A stretch of 64,000 nt of DNA from Erysipelotrichales bacterium (GTDB lineage: Bacteria > Bacillota_I > Bacilli_A > Erysipelotrichales > Erysipelotrichaceae). How positions within the stretch are numbered: the first letter of the stretch is position 1; each line of letters opens with the position of its first letter. This document shows positions 1 to 9,696 of this stretch, one piece after another. The stretch covers positions 2,193-66,192 of the forward strand of contig JAFXJJ010000005.1 of NCBI GenBank assembly GCA_017532345.1, read 5' to 3'. The position numbers and the translations under genes were made by a program. Under the pieces are notes generated by a model. It saw nothing but the letters and a program-made list of their open reading frames with translations, had not been told where the DNA came from and ran no database searches.

Positions 1-614
1 GGATGACCTGTCTTCTCTACATGATGTGCCTTAACATTTGGAATTTCCCAAACATCTGAAGGATTTTTGCCTAAAGGATTACCACTTAATTTACCTTTAT
101 TAGGTCCTTTGTAATGTCTTTTCCCCGGATATTTTTGTGGAATTCTAACTTCATCCAAATTAAAAATATATTCTTTTCCTTTTGTAAACCACAATATAGT
201 TTCATGTCTCCCACTAAAACGTTGAGTACTATTCAAACCATGTCCAAATGTCCAAATTATTCTGTTTCTAAGTATGAATGGATATTTCAATTGATGATTT
301 TGCGATGTAAAAATCTCATAAATTAAATAATCTAATGGAATGATTGAACAATCTGTCACGTGATAACCAGTTTGCCAACATACACTTCCGCCTGGTTTCA
401 AAATTCTATAAATTTCTTCAAATATCTCATTGTGCAAGTTTTTGAAGGTGTTTATATCATCACTTGGGTCCTCGTAAGCTTTCTTCATACAATAAGGAGG
501 CGACGTGACAATCAAATCAACTGCTTCATCAGGAATCTCCTTCAGCAAATTCAAACAATTGCCATTATACAATGTCATTTGATTTTCATTTTTATAATGT
601 TTATATATTCTCAT
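1..614 (-). CDS. DNA methyltransferase (N4-cytosine/N6-adenine, beta-class, SPPY motif); 3' end runs off the window
   Basis: Absent from the ORF track because no stop lies inside the window. Hand translation of the minus strand from ATG at 614-612 gives MRIYKHYKNENQMTLYNGNCLNLLKEIPDEAVDLIVTSPPYCMKKAYED...ILKPGGSVCWQTG...RHETILWFTKG...SDVWEIPNVKAHHVEKTGHP. DLIVTSPPY is the catalytic motif IV of N-4/N-6 MTases. Plus-strand ORFs 114..326 and 360..635 are antisense artefacts. Confidence 0.8.
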   Translation of the reverse strand, partial: MRIYKHYKNENQMTLYNGNCLNLLKEIPDEAVDLIVTSPPYCMKKAYEDPSDDINTFKNLHNEIFEEIYRILKPGGSVCWQTGYHVTDCSIIPLDYLIYEIFTSQNHQLKYPFILRNRIIWTFGHGLNSTQRFSGRHETILWFTKGKEYIFNLDEVRIPQKYPGKRHYKGPNKGKLSGNPLGKNPSDVWEIPNVKAHHVEKTGH

Positions 615-904
615 TTAATTCCCTACTCTCTTTAAATAATTAGGCTTAGTATAATTTTATTATAACACAATCTTATAAATATCCAATAAATCATTATTAC
701 TGATGTGTTTGTTTGAAAACTTAGTTTTAAATACACAAAATACGATACAACTTAAGAATATACGCTTATTTTATAAATATTTCAAAAACTCAATTAAATT
801 AGCAAATAAAAAGGATTGATCCTTTATAAACTTAGAACCAATCCTCAATGATTTTCAATTAACTTGTTAAACTCCTTCAACCATCTATTAGTTTTTATTT
901 TATA

Positions 905-1564
905 CTATCCCCCATAAATCTCTTCAGATGCAGTAGCAGCATCTTTAAAGAATGTATCGAAGTCATCAGTATCTGGATTACCAAAGAAACAGAATGCTAC
1001 ATCCTCTGCCTTAGAGAAGCTTAGATAAATATATACTAACTTACCTGTACAGCATTCATATTCAAAGCAACAATGTCTAAAGTTCTCTGAATCTCCAATA
1101 GATACCTTCATAGATGATAATACGATATTAGCTAATGAAGAGAAGTATATACGCTTAGCTTCTTCAACATCTTCTGCTATTCCATCATCTACTAATGAAT
1201 CTATTAATAAAAATGCTTCATAATAATATCCTTCATATAATAATAACTTCTTAGCAGCTGCTATATCTTGAGATAATGCGATAAGTATATCTGATTCTTT
1301 ACCTTCTTTATCTTCTTGATTATGAGCTACTAACTGGATATCTGCTAATGAACTAAATACTTGATTAGTTACATAATCTTCTACTGTTAAGTCTTCATCA
1401 ATATATGTAACTAACTCTTTAGCATCTACACTACTCTCATATGTCATTTCTATTAGTTTATTAGCATGATCTAGATATGGTACTTTTACTTCATCATCAA
1501 TCTTATCTTTAATCATTGCTAATTCTGAATTAGTTTGTTTTAATACTGTGTATTGGTTAATCAT
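905..1564 (-). CDS. hypothetical, strongly acidic protein with HCCFEYECC cysteine cluster (partner of the KAP NTPase)
   Basis: Track ORF 905..1618. The likely start is MINQYT at 1564, preceded by AAGGAA. My hand count is about 44 D/E versus 17 K/R over 219 aa. It lies 82 nt downstream of the KAP NTPase on the same strand. I recognise no family. Confidence 0.6.
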   Translation of the reverse strand: MINQYTVLKQTNSELAMIKDKIDDEVKVPYLDHANKLIEMTYESSVDAKELVTYIDEDLTVEDYVTNQVFSSLADIQLVAHNQEDKEGKESDILIALSQDIAAAKKLLLYEGYYYEAFLLIDSLVDDGIAEDVEEAKRIYFSSLANIVLSSMKVSIGDSENFRHCCFEYECCTGKLVYIYLSFSKAEDVAFCFFGNPDTDDFDTFFKDAATASEEIYGG

Positions 1565-1646
1565 GATTGTTAATTCCTTTCGCAGAAACATTATACACTC
1601 AATTGTTGAGTAACACAATCAATTATAAACGACTTAAAATGTAAAA

Positions 1647-3425
1647 TTATAATTTTCGATAATTGTAACTTAAATTAAAGTAATCATCTAAATCTTTTAT
1701 AATACAACTTACTGTTTTTTTATTTATTTTTCCTTGTACTTCTGTTTCTGATAACAATTTATTTAATAATTTTGCATTATCACAATCATCAGGAAATATT
1801 TCATAACTAGCTCCTCTTTGATACAATAAACTAAGTGCATTTCGAAATTCTGTTAATTGTAGATTACTAGATTCTATCATCACATTATACAGTTTATTTA
1901 TATCAAAATAATATAAAAATCTTCTTTCATTTACAAAATCATTTCGATAATTCTTTAAATAACAAAAAATAGATTCTCCCCAATTTTGATTTTCCATAAA
2001 TAAATTTAACCCATTTCTTCTAGCATTTATATAATTATTTTTCGAAATAGTATCAAATTCACATAAAGTAGTTTTTAATAATAATATTGACTCTTCTGAT
2101 AAATTAGCGGCTAATCCAGAGAATTCAAAATGATAATACTCTCTTTTTGATATATTATTTTTCATTATATTTATTACTTCTTCTATGGAATTTCCATATT
2201 TATTTTTGAATCCCAACTCACTCAAAATTAAACTCGTTCTCAATATCTCTTGATATAAAGATAATTCATATTCATCATTAATTAAAATATCCATCATTTT
2301 ATCATAATTTAATTGTAAATCTTCATCTTCCATCTTATACCAATCTTTTAAAACTATGTGAGGTGACAACTCACCATCAAATTTAAGCATATTAATATAA
2401 TAATCTATTGATTTTAAAATATATTGCTCATCAAATTTTCCTTCACGAATAATTTCATGAATGAACCTAAAAGAATATTCATAGTTATCATAATTTTTAT
2501 CAAATAAAAATAAATCATAATAATTATTATTCTCCACAAACATACTATCTATTTTTTCATTATTTTTAACATAAAATTGCTCAATTCTATAAATATCTAA
2601 TACAATTGTCTTATATATAAGTTCTTGTATCATATCATTTTCACTGTTTACTAGTGATTTAATTAAATGATAAACTTCATTAGAGATTATAATCGTACTT
2701 TGAATCGTCCTTAAATTTCCATCAAAAATTCTAAGTATTTCTTTTTTTATGATATCCCACAGCATTTCACCAATTTTCAAATCATTTTCATTACAAAATG
2801 ATCTTAAATAAAGTTCTGATAAAAAAGAATCAATATCAGATTTAAATTCTAGTGTTCTAGAAATGAACTTTTCCTTTATCTTTTTATAATCATCTTTTTT
2901 ACCCACTTCGATTTCATTCGCAACAATTATACATTTACAATTTTTATGTTCAATCAAATCATTAATAATCCCCAATGAATTTGACGTTTCCATACTACAA
3001 CGTTCAAAATCATCAAAAACAAAAACTGCATCTTTTAATAATTTACTAGTTAATAATTTTTTTGTTTTCCCTAAAATATTAAATAAAAGATTTGTATTTA
3101 GTAAAAGATTTTCTTCTTCGATTAACGCATCTATTCCAGTAATAAAACTAGCAATATCATCTTTATCTTCTTTTTCTAAATTAAATCTAATAACAGCGGC
3201 ATTTATTCTTTTTTGCAATTCATCACTTGAAGAAACTCCATTCATTGTAACATAATAATATTTTTTTCTTCTATTTTTGTTTTTTAGTTTAGGCAATAAT
3301 ACATTCTTGATAAAATAACTTTTTCCACTTCCCCAATTGCCATTTATCATAACAGCAGCAGCTTCAATTTTTGTATTCCAAATATATTTATCTATATAAT
3401 CTATAATATATTCATTATTCGCCAT
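1647..3425 (-). CDS. KAP-family P-loop NTPase, soluble (no transmembrane insert seen)
   Basis: Walker A is NGNWGSGKSYF and Walker B is AVFVFDDFERCS, matching the KAP pattern GxWGxGKS / DDLDR. The likely start is MANNEY at 3425, after GAGGA. The C-terminal ~400 aa have no recognisable domain and no long hydrophobic segments. Confidence 0.7.
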   Translation of the reverse strand: MANNEYIIDYIDKYIWNTKIEAAAVMINGNWGSGKSYFIKNVLLPKLKNKNRRKKYYYVTMNGVSSSDELQKRINAAVIRFNLEKEDKDDIASFITGIDALIEEENLLLNTNLLFNILGKTKKLLTSKLLKDAVFVFDDFERCSMETSNSLGIINDLIEHKNCKCIIVANEIEVGKKDDYKKIKEKFISRTLEFKSDIDSFLSELYLRSFCNENDLKIGEMLWDIIKKEILRIFDGNLRTIQSTIIISNEVYHLIKSLVNSENDMIQELIYKTIVLDIYRIEQFYVKNNEKIDSMFVENNNYYDLFLFDKNYDNYEYSFRFIHEIIREGKFDEQYILKSIDYYINMLKFDGELSPHIVLKDWYKMEDEDLQLNYDKMMDILINDEYELSLYQEILRTSLILSELGFKNKYGNSIEEVINIMKNNISKREYYHFEFSGLAANLSEESILLLKTTLCEFDTISKNNYINARRNGLNLFMENQNWGESIFCYLKNYRNDFVNERRFLYYFDINKLYNVMIESSNLQLTEFRNALSLLYQRGASYEIFPDDCDNAKLLNKLLSETEVQGKINKKTVSCIIKDLDDYFNLSYNYRKL

Positions 3426-3473
3426 ATTTTCATTCCTCACATCTAACAAAATTATATATGTTCTTATATAAAT

Positions 3474-3508
3474 ACAAAAGAAAGCATTGTGAAACTACAA
3501 TACTTTCC
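3474..3508 (-). terminator. intrinsic terminator after hsdR
   Basis: On the minus strand the sequence reads GAAAGUAUUGU-aguuuc-ACAAUGCUUUC, an 11-bp stem with one G-U pair, followed by UUUUGU. It separates hsdR from the KAP module, which therefore needs its own promoter (TATAAT-like boxes follow). Confidence 0.6.
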
Positions 3509-3516
3509 CATGTAAA

Positions 3517-6500
3517 TTACACCCCAAAATACTTATCAAAGAATACTAATAATTTATCAATAACTACTTGCTTCTTATCAGCTCTATTTCCACCACCAAA
3601 TAACGACATAGCAGGTAAAATAGAACTAATCTCAGTTCCTGTAGTCTTTAAATATCCATCACGGAAACAATCATCTAAGAACTTACGTGTAGGTTCATCT
3701 TTTAATTTTTCTTCAGAAATAATCTTAGAAATTTCTTTTTCTTTTTGTTCAGCAATATATGTTTTCCAATCTTGACCAATATCACTAGATGCATTTAAGT
3801 TATTTAGGAACTCTTCAATCAATTGTTTCTTACTACGTAATTGAGGACTAGAACCTAATGTTTTAGAAATCTTTAATGATATTTCTTTATTCGTACAATT
3901 TTCACTATGATACTTTTCAACTAAAGCAAGAATATAATCAATATTTATATCTACTTGTTTAATTAATTCCATTTCAAATTCAATATCATCAATAATATCA
4001 ACACGTTCCTTTTTAGTCGATGGAACAATCACATTTCTTATATCTAAATATTTACTTTGATAATCTTGGAACTCTCCAATTAACATAGTATCATCTTCTG
4101 CAAATTGGTCAAAATCTGTTAAGATATTTCTTACTCTTAATAGTGCATTGAATAAAGAAATAAATTTCTTCATATTCTCCTCACCAATTATTTCATCATT
4201 TACAGGGAATAATTCATGAAGCTTATTTAATAATTCAGCATATCCATCATGATGAACACCTTTTTCATCATCATAACCATAATAGTAAGAATCATAATCT
4301 TTAAGTAATATTACACCACCAGCTTCTTTATCACCGAATAATGATATTGCATCATCAGTAGCTTTTTGTAAATCTCTAAAACATACAATATTACCATATG
4401 TTTTAACTGCATTTAAAATACGATTAGTACGCGAAAATGCTTGAATTAATCCATGCATTTTTAAGTTCTTATCAACCCATAAAGTGTTCATAGTAGTAGC
4501 ATCAAATCCTGTTAAGAACATATTAACTACAATTACTAAGTCAACCTCACGTTTCTTCATACGCTGTGATAAGTCTTTATAATAGTTATGAAACTTATCT
4601 GAAGATGTATCATAATTTGTATGAAATTCCATGTTGTAATCCATAATTGCTTCTTCTAAGAAATCACGGTCATTCTTATCTAATGATTCAGTATCAAAAC
4701 TTTCTTCTTCATCATCATTTGCACCATAACTATAAATAACAGCAATAGATAATCTCTGATTATCTGGTAATTCTGCCATTTGTTTCTTAAATTCATAATA
4801 ATACTTCTTTGCTACTGGAATAGAAGATACAGCAAATAGTGAGTTAAACCCATTAACTCTTTTCCCTTCTAATGTATAATAAGCACCACCAGTACGTTTT
4901 GTTTTTTGGTCAAAATGATCAAGAATATATTTAGTTACTTCACTAATACGTTCAGGTGCAGATAGAGCCTTTTCTGTATTGATAGCTTCTACTTCACTAT
5001 CGCTCATATTTTCTTTGCTCTTAATTGTATTAATATAATCAATACGGAATGGAAGTACATTTCCATCATTAATCGCATCTACTATTGTATAAATATGTAG
5101 TTTATCACCAAATGCTTGTTCTGTAGTCTTTAAATCTGGCATCCCTCCCATACTTGCATTAGCAGTAAATATTGGAGTACCAGTAAAGCCAAAGATATGA
5201 TAATTCTTAAAATTCTTTATAATAGCTGTATGCATTGTACCAAATTGAGAACGATGACATTCGTCAAATATTAAAACTACATGCTTCTTGAAAATCTCAT
5301 GTCCTTTATTTTTTGAAATGAATACAGATAATTTTTGAATTGTTGTTATTATGATTTTCGCATTAGGATCTTCTAATTGTTGTTGAAGTATCTTAGTTGA
5401 TTTATTACTATTAGCGGCACCTTTTTGGAATCTATCATATTCTTTCATTGTTTGATAGTCTAAGTCTGCTCTATCAACTACGAATAATACTTTCTCAATA
5501 CTATCTAATTGTGTTACTAATTGAGCAGTCTTAAAGGAAGTAAGCGTTTTACCAGAACCAGTAGTATGCCATACATACCCACCAGCTTCTACACTTCCTG
5601 TTCTCTTATAATTTGTAGATATTTTAATACGTTGAATAATAGCTTCTGTAGCAGCTATTTGATATGGACGCATTACTAATAAAATATCTTGAGTAGTAAA
5701 TATACAATAACGAGTAAGAATACTTAAAATAGTATGTTTGGCAAAGAATGTTTTAGTAAAATCAACTAAATCAACAATAGTTTTATTTTTACTATCAGCC
5801 CAATAACTAGTAAATTCAAAACTATTACTAGTTTTCTTACTATTCTTTTTAGCACTATTATCTTTCTCTTCTTTAATACGTGATTCACGTGTTGTATTAG
5901 AATAATACTTAGTATGTGTACCATTTGAAATCACAAATATTTGTATATATTCATATAAACCACTACCAGCCCAAAAACTATCACGTTGATAACGATTTAT
6001 TTGATTAAAAGCTTCTTTTAAAGCTACTCCACGACGTTTTAATTCAACATGCACCAAAGGTAAACCATTTACTAAAATAGTTACATCATAACGATTATCA
6101 TATTTAGCACCATCATTAGAACTTACTTCATATTGATTAATAACTTGTAAACGATTATTATGAATATTCTTTTTATCAATCAATGAAATATTCATACTAG
6201 TACCATCATCACGCTTCAACACTTGAACATAATCTTCTTGTATTCTTCTAGTTTTCTCTACAATACCTTCATTCTTATTCGCAATCTTCTCAAAGTAAAA
6301 AGTATTCCATTCTTTCTCACTAAACTGATAATTATTTAGTAATTCTAATTGCTTACGTAAGTTAACTACTAAATCCTTCTCTTCATGAATAGAAAGATAT
6401 TCATATCCTTGTTTCTCTAAGTTTTCAATGAATTCTTTCTCTAAATCATCTTCACTTTGATAAGAATCCACATGACGAACTTCAGGTTTATACTCAGACA

Positions 6501-6546
6501 CAACTGTACTTTCATTACTTGAAGCAACTATATTATATGTACTCAT
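3517..6546 (-). CDS. hsdR: type I restriction endonuclease subunit R (EcoR124I/type IC-like)
   Basis: 1009 aa. PD-(D/E)xK nuclease motif DVTILVNGLPLVHVELKRRG, helicase motif I HTTGSGKTLTSF and motif II IFDECHRSQ. Directly follows hsdS. Confidence 0.95.
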   Translation of the reverse strand: MSTYNIVASSNESTVVSEYKPEVRHVDSYQSEDDLEKEFIENLEKQGYEYLSIHEEKDLVVNLRKQLELLNNYQFSEKEWNTFYFEKIANKNEGIVEKTRRIQEDYVQVLKRDDGTSMNISLIDKKNIHNNRLQVINQYEVSSNDGAKYDNRYDVTILVNGLPLVHVELKRRGVALKEAFNQINRYQRDSFWAGSGLYEYIQIFVISNGTHTKYYSNTTRESRIKEEKDNSAKKNSKKTSNSFEFTSYWADSKNKTIVDLVDFTKTFFAKHTILSILTRYCIFTTQDILLVMRPYQIAATEAIIQRIKISTNYKRTGSVEAGGYVWHTTGSGKTLTSFKTAQLVTQLDSIEKVLFVVDRADLDYQTMKEYDRFQKGAANSNKSTKILQQQLEDPNAKIIITTIQKLSVFISKNKGHEIFKKHVVLIFDECHRSQFGTMHTAIIKNFKNYHIFGFTGTPIFTANASMGGMPDLKTTEQAFGDKLHIYTIVDAINDGNVLPFRIDYINTIKSKENMSDSEVEAINTEKALSAPERISEVTKYILDHFDQKTKRTGGAYYTLEGKRVNGFNSLFAVSSIPVAKKYYYEFKKQMAELPDNQRLSIAVIYSYGANDDEEESFDTESLDKNDRDFLEEAIMDYNMEFHTNYDTSSDKFHNYYKDLSQRMKKREVDLVIVVNMFLTGFDATTMNTLWVDKNLKMHGLIQAFSRTNRILNAVKTYGNIVCFRDLQKATDDAISLFGDKEAGGVILLKDYDSYYYGYDDEKGVHHDGYAELLNKLHELFPVNDEIIGEENMKKFISLFNALLRVRNILTDFDQFAEDDTMLIGEFQDYQSKYLDIRNVIVPSTKKERVDIIDDIEFEMELIKQVDINIDYILALVEKYHSENCTNKEISLKISKTLGSSPQLRSKKQLIEEFLNNLNASSDIGQDWKTYIAEQKEKEISKIISEEKLKDEPTRKFLDDCFRDGYLKTTGTEISSILPAMSLFGGGNRADKKQVVIDKLLVFFDKYFGV

Positions 6547-6550
6547 ATGC

Positions 6551-7807
6551 TTACTCCTTTGGTAATTCTTTGAATGTTAATAACTTATCTCTATAATACT
6601 CATACTGTTTTTGTCTTGCCGCATATTCATCAGAAAGACTTACTGAAATATCATTATAAAGGGTATCAATGTGGTCAAGTGCAATGACAATTCTTTGTTG
6701 TTCTTCAAGTGATGGTATAGGAATATCCAAAGTCACCAATCCTTGTTGCGTTAAATGCGGTATCGTCGACCCCGTTTTAACACTTTCAACAAAATCTTTA
6801 AAATATTTAGAAGTAAAATAATGATACATATATCGTGGAATAACAATATCTTGGTTTAACTTAACTCTAAACACCCCACTGTTTAATGTAGTTGGTTTTA
6901 TCGGTTCTTCCTCCAATATCGCAATTTTTCCCAGAGTTCCATCCTTAGTAATTAAAATATCATCTTTATGGACAATAATATTCTCATCCATTTCATATCG
7001 CTCTTTTGTTACAAATACGCAAGAATCAAAATTAATATGTCCATCCGCAAGAAAATCTGTTCCTGTTATCAGGAAATAGTCTCCAGTCTCTAAGTACTCT
7101 GCTCTTGTTAATCTTTGCCATCCTACACGAGCTTTTAATAAAGCTATGTCAGTTATATGCATGATTTGTTTATTTTTTGCTGTTTCAAACACTAGATGTT
7201 TATGATACTCATACTGTTTCTTTCTCGCTGAGACTTCTGCTGTTAGCTCTGCTATAAGCTCTGCTGTTAGTTCTGTGAAATTATCTAAGATACGAACGAT
7301 TTCTTGCTGTACAGGAAGTGGAGGTACAGGGATTAACAATTCATCAAAAGAGGCGAGATTAAGATTATTTCTATCACTGATGGTCTTTGACGTAATCTGT
7401 TCTTTACACAAATGAGAATTAAGATATTTACAAAGAAATTCTGGTGTAATTTCTTCGCGATTTCGAATTCTTGAAGATATGGTTGTAAATCCGATAGTCC
7501 CATCATACTCAGAAGTAATAACTGCTGAAGTTCCTACATCCCCAGTATGAATAGTAATAACATCGTTTTTTCTTAGTATTTTTTTCGAGTTTCGTCGAGC
7601 AAAATCTTCCGTAATATATTCAATGTTCTTAACAACAATTTTTCCATCTTTAATATCCGAATTATGCAGCAGCAGTACACCGTTTTCTGCTTTATACTTT
7701 GTTACAGACGTCGCTAACCCAATGAACGTTTCAGCAATATCTGATATTTTCTTATAAATAACCCCATTCGGGCATAATTCTTCTATCAGTCTTTCTAATT
7801 CACTCAT
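6551..7807 (-). CDS. hsdS: type I restriction-modification specificity subunit S
   Basis: 418 aa with two target-recognition halves. Each half ends in a conserved helix: central ...TAEVSARKKQYEYHKHLVF and C-terminal ...EYAARQKQYEYYRDKLL. Lies between hsdM and hsdR. Confidence 0.9.
   Translation of the reverse strand: MSELERLIEELCPNGVIYKKISDIAETFIGLATSVTKYKAENGVLLLHNSDIKDGKIVVKNIEYITEDFARRNSKKILRKNDVITIHTGDVGTSAVITSEYDGTIGFTTISSRIRNREEITPEFLCKYLNSHLCKEQITSKTISDRNNLNLASFDELLIPVPPLPVQQEIVRILDNFTELTAELIAELTAEVSARKKQYEYHKHLVFETAKNKQIMHITDIALLKARVGWQRLTRAEYLETGDYFLITGTDFLADGHINFDSCVFVTKERYEMDENIIVHKDDILITKDGTLGKIAILEEEPIKPTTLNSGVFRVKLNQDIVIPRYMYHYFTSKYFKDFVESVKTGSTIPHLTQQGLVTLDIPIPSLEEQQRIVIALDHIDTLYNDISVSLSDEYAARQKQYEYYRDKLLTFKELPKE
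7235..7270 (-). repeat. three tandem 12-nt units encoding LTAE-LIAE-LTAE in the central conserved region of hsdS
   Basis: Minus strand reads CTAACAGCAGAG CTTATAGCAGAG CTAACAGCAGAA, corresponding to protein FTE-LTAE-LIAE-LTAE-VS. Confidence 0.85.
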
Positions 7808-7810
7808 ATA

Positions 7811-9376
7811 TTATTGCACCTCGATTTCTGCAATAATTCTATCAATTTCATCACGGAGCACCTGCTCTCTAGCTACAATTTCTTTTATTTTAGCATTTAA
7901 CTTTACAATATCAATTACTTCTCTTGTATCTTCTTGTTCTACATATGTAGATATAGATAGATTATAGTCATTTTCTTTAATTTCATGATATGATGCTAAT
8001 TTAGAAATATAGTCTTTATCTTCTCTTGCTTTATATACTTCAAGAATATGCTGAATATTATCTGAAGTTAATTGATTTGAATTAGTAACTTTGATACATT
8101 CTTTTGAAGCATCAATGAATAGAATACTATTATCTTTCTTAGCTTTCTTTAATACCATGATACAAGTAGCAATAGAAGTGCCAAAGAATAGATTGTCTGG
8201 TAATTGAATAACACAATCAATGAAGTTATTATCAACTAAGTATTTACGAATCTTTTGTTCTGCACCACCACGATACATAATACCAGGGAAACATACAATA
8301 GAAGCTACACCATCACTAGCTAACCATGATAATGAATGCATTATGAAAGCAAGGTCAGCTTTAGATTTAGGTGCTAAAACACCTGCAGGTGAGAAACGTG
8401 GGTCATTAATTAATGTACCATTATCATCGCCTTCCCATTTAATACTATATGGAGGATTAGATACAATCACTTCAAATGGTTCATCATCCCAATGTTTAGG
8501 CTCAGTTAATGTATCTGCATTAGCAATATCAAACTTATCATAGTTTACATCATGTAAGAACATATTAATACGACATAAGTTGTATGTAGTAATATTAATT
8601 TCTTGACCATAATAACCATTTCTTACTTTATCAGTTCCTAAAATCTTAGCAGTTTGAAGAAGTAATGAGCCAGAACCACAAGCTGGATCATATACTTTAT
8701 TAACAGTTTCTTTACCAATTAAAGCAATTCTAGTTAATAATTCTGATACTTCTTGTGGAGTATAATATTCTCCACCACTCTTACCAGCATTAGAAGCATA
8801 CATCCCCATTAAATATTCATAAGCATCACCGAATAAATCAGTAGAATTATTTTGATAATTACCAAAATTCATTTCACCAATACCATTTAATAATTTAACA
8901 AGCTTTGCATTTCTATTAGCTACTGTATTACCTAGTTTATTACTATTTACATCAATATCATCAAATAGACCAGCAAAGTTCTTTTCAGAATTAGTACCTT
9001 TTGATGAAGCTTCAATATTCTTAAATATTCTTTCTAATGTCATATTTAAGTTTTCATCTTTATCAGCATTCTTCTTTACATTACAGAATAATTCAGATGG
9101 TAAAATAAAGAACCCTTTTTCATTAACCATTTGTTCACGTGCTAATTCAGCCATTTCATCAGAAATATCTGCATAAACAAAATCAGTTTCTCCAGCTTCT
9201 TTTTGAATCTTCTCAATATATTGAGACATATTCTCTGAAATAAAGCGATAGAAAAGCATCCCAAGTACATAAGACTTGAAATCCCATCCATCTACGCTAC
9301 CTCTAAGGTCATTAGCAATACCCCAAATAGTACGATATAACTCTGAACGTTCTTGAACGCTTTTATTGTCTGCCAT
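7811..9376 (-). CDS. hsdM: type I restriction-modification N6-adenine DNA methyltransferase subunit M
   Basis: 521 aa. SAM motif VYDPACGSGSLLL and catalytic motif VSNPPYSIKW. First gene of the hsdM-hsdS-hsdR string, with 3-4 nt gaps between genes. Confidence 0.95.
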   Translation of the reverse strand: MADNKSVQERSELYRTIWGIANDLRGSVDGWDFKSYVLGMLFYRFISENMSQYIEKIQKEAGETDFVYADISDEMAELAREQMVNEKGFFILPSELFCNVKKNADKDENLNMTLERIFKNIEASSKGTNSEKNFAGLFDDIDVNSNKLGNTVANRNAKLVKLLNGIGEMNFGNYQNNSTDLFGDAYEYLMGMYASNAGKSGGEYYTPQEVSELLTRIALIGKETVNKVYDPACGSGSLLLQTAKILGTDKVRNGYYGQEINITTYNLCRINMFLHDVNYDKFDIANADTLTEPKHWDDEPFEVIVSNPPYSIKWEGDDNGTLINDPRFSPAGVLAPKSKADLAFIMHSLSWLASDGVASIVCFPGIMYRGGAEQKIRKYLVDNNFIDCVIQLPDNLFFGTSIATCIMVLKKAKKDNSILFIDASKECIKVTNSNQLTSDNIQHILEVYKAREDKDYISKLASYHEIKENDYNLSISTYVEQEDTREVIDIVKLNAKIKEIVAREQVLRDEIDRIIAEIEVQ

Positions 9377-9696
9377 TATTAATTCCTCGTTTCTTAATAA
9401 ATATATTATATCATTTTGTAATTTATTATTAAACTAAATTAACTACTATTATTATTTTTAAAATTTAAATTTATGCATCCTTAAAACTATAAAAACTAGC
9501 AATGAGAAATCATATAAATATCTACTGCTAGTTTATTTATTCATTTAGAGATTCCAATCATAACAATAAGCATCAAATTTCGATATTATTTATACTGCAC
9601 TAATTCTTACGTTATTTATGCTATTACTTAATAACATAGCTAAAATATTCTATATAATATTTTTATTAAGATAATATCAAACTTTATTCGTGATGA

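Noticed and set aside
114-635. Track ORFs 114..326 and 360..635 on the plus strand.
   Set aside because: They are antisense to a clearly conserved SPPY methyltransferase reading frame on the minus strand. Their translations are low-complexity with no motifs.
3458-3775. Plus-strand ORFs lying inside larger minus-strand (or opposite-strand) genes. These are 3458..3775, 8220..8543, 11023..11397, 13497..13718, 15518..15703, 22412..22597, 22721..22924, 23344..23580, 24323..24517, 26138..26368, 26438..26872, 31844..32035, 32352..32561, 33628..34107, 34331..34585, 34931..35113, 36168..36350, 36499..36756, 36832..37038, 37078..37332, 40709..40912, 41876..42076, 44913..45095, 46647..46886, 47572..47880, 47882..48094, 48621..48815, 49592..49801, 50772..50954, 50851..51036, 52630..52836, 53558..53755, 55215..55421, 55644..55838 and 57633..57827.
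   Set aside because: Each overlaps a longer ORF that has strong family motifs or better coding character. These are typical shadow ORFs in AT-rich DNA.
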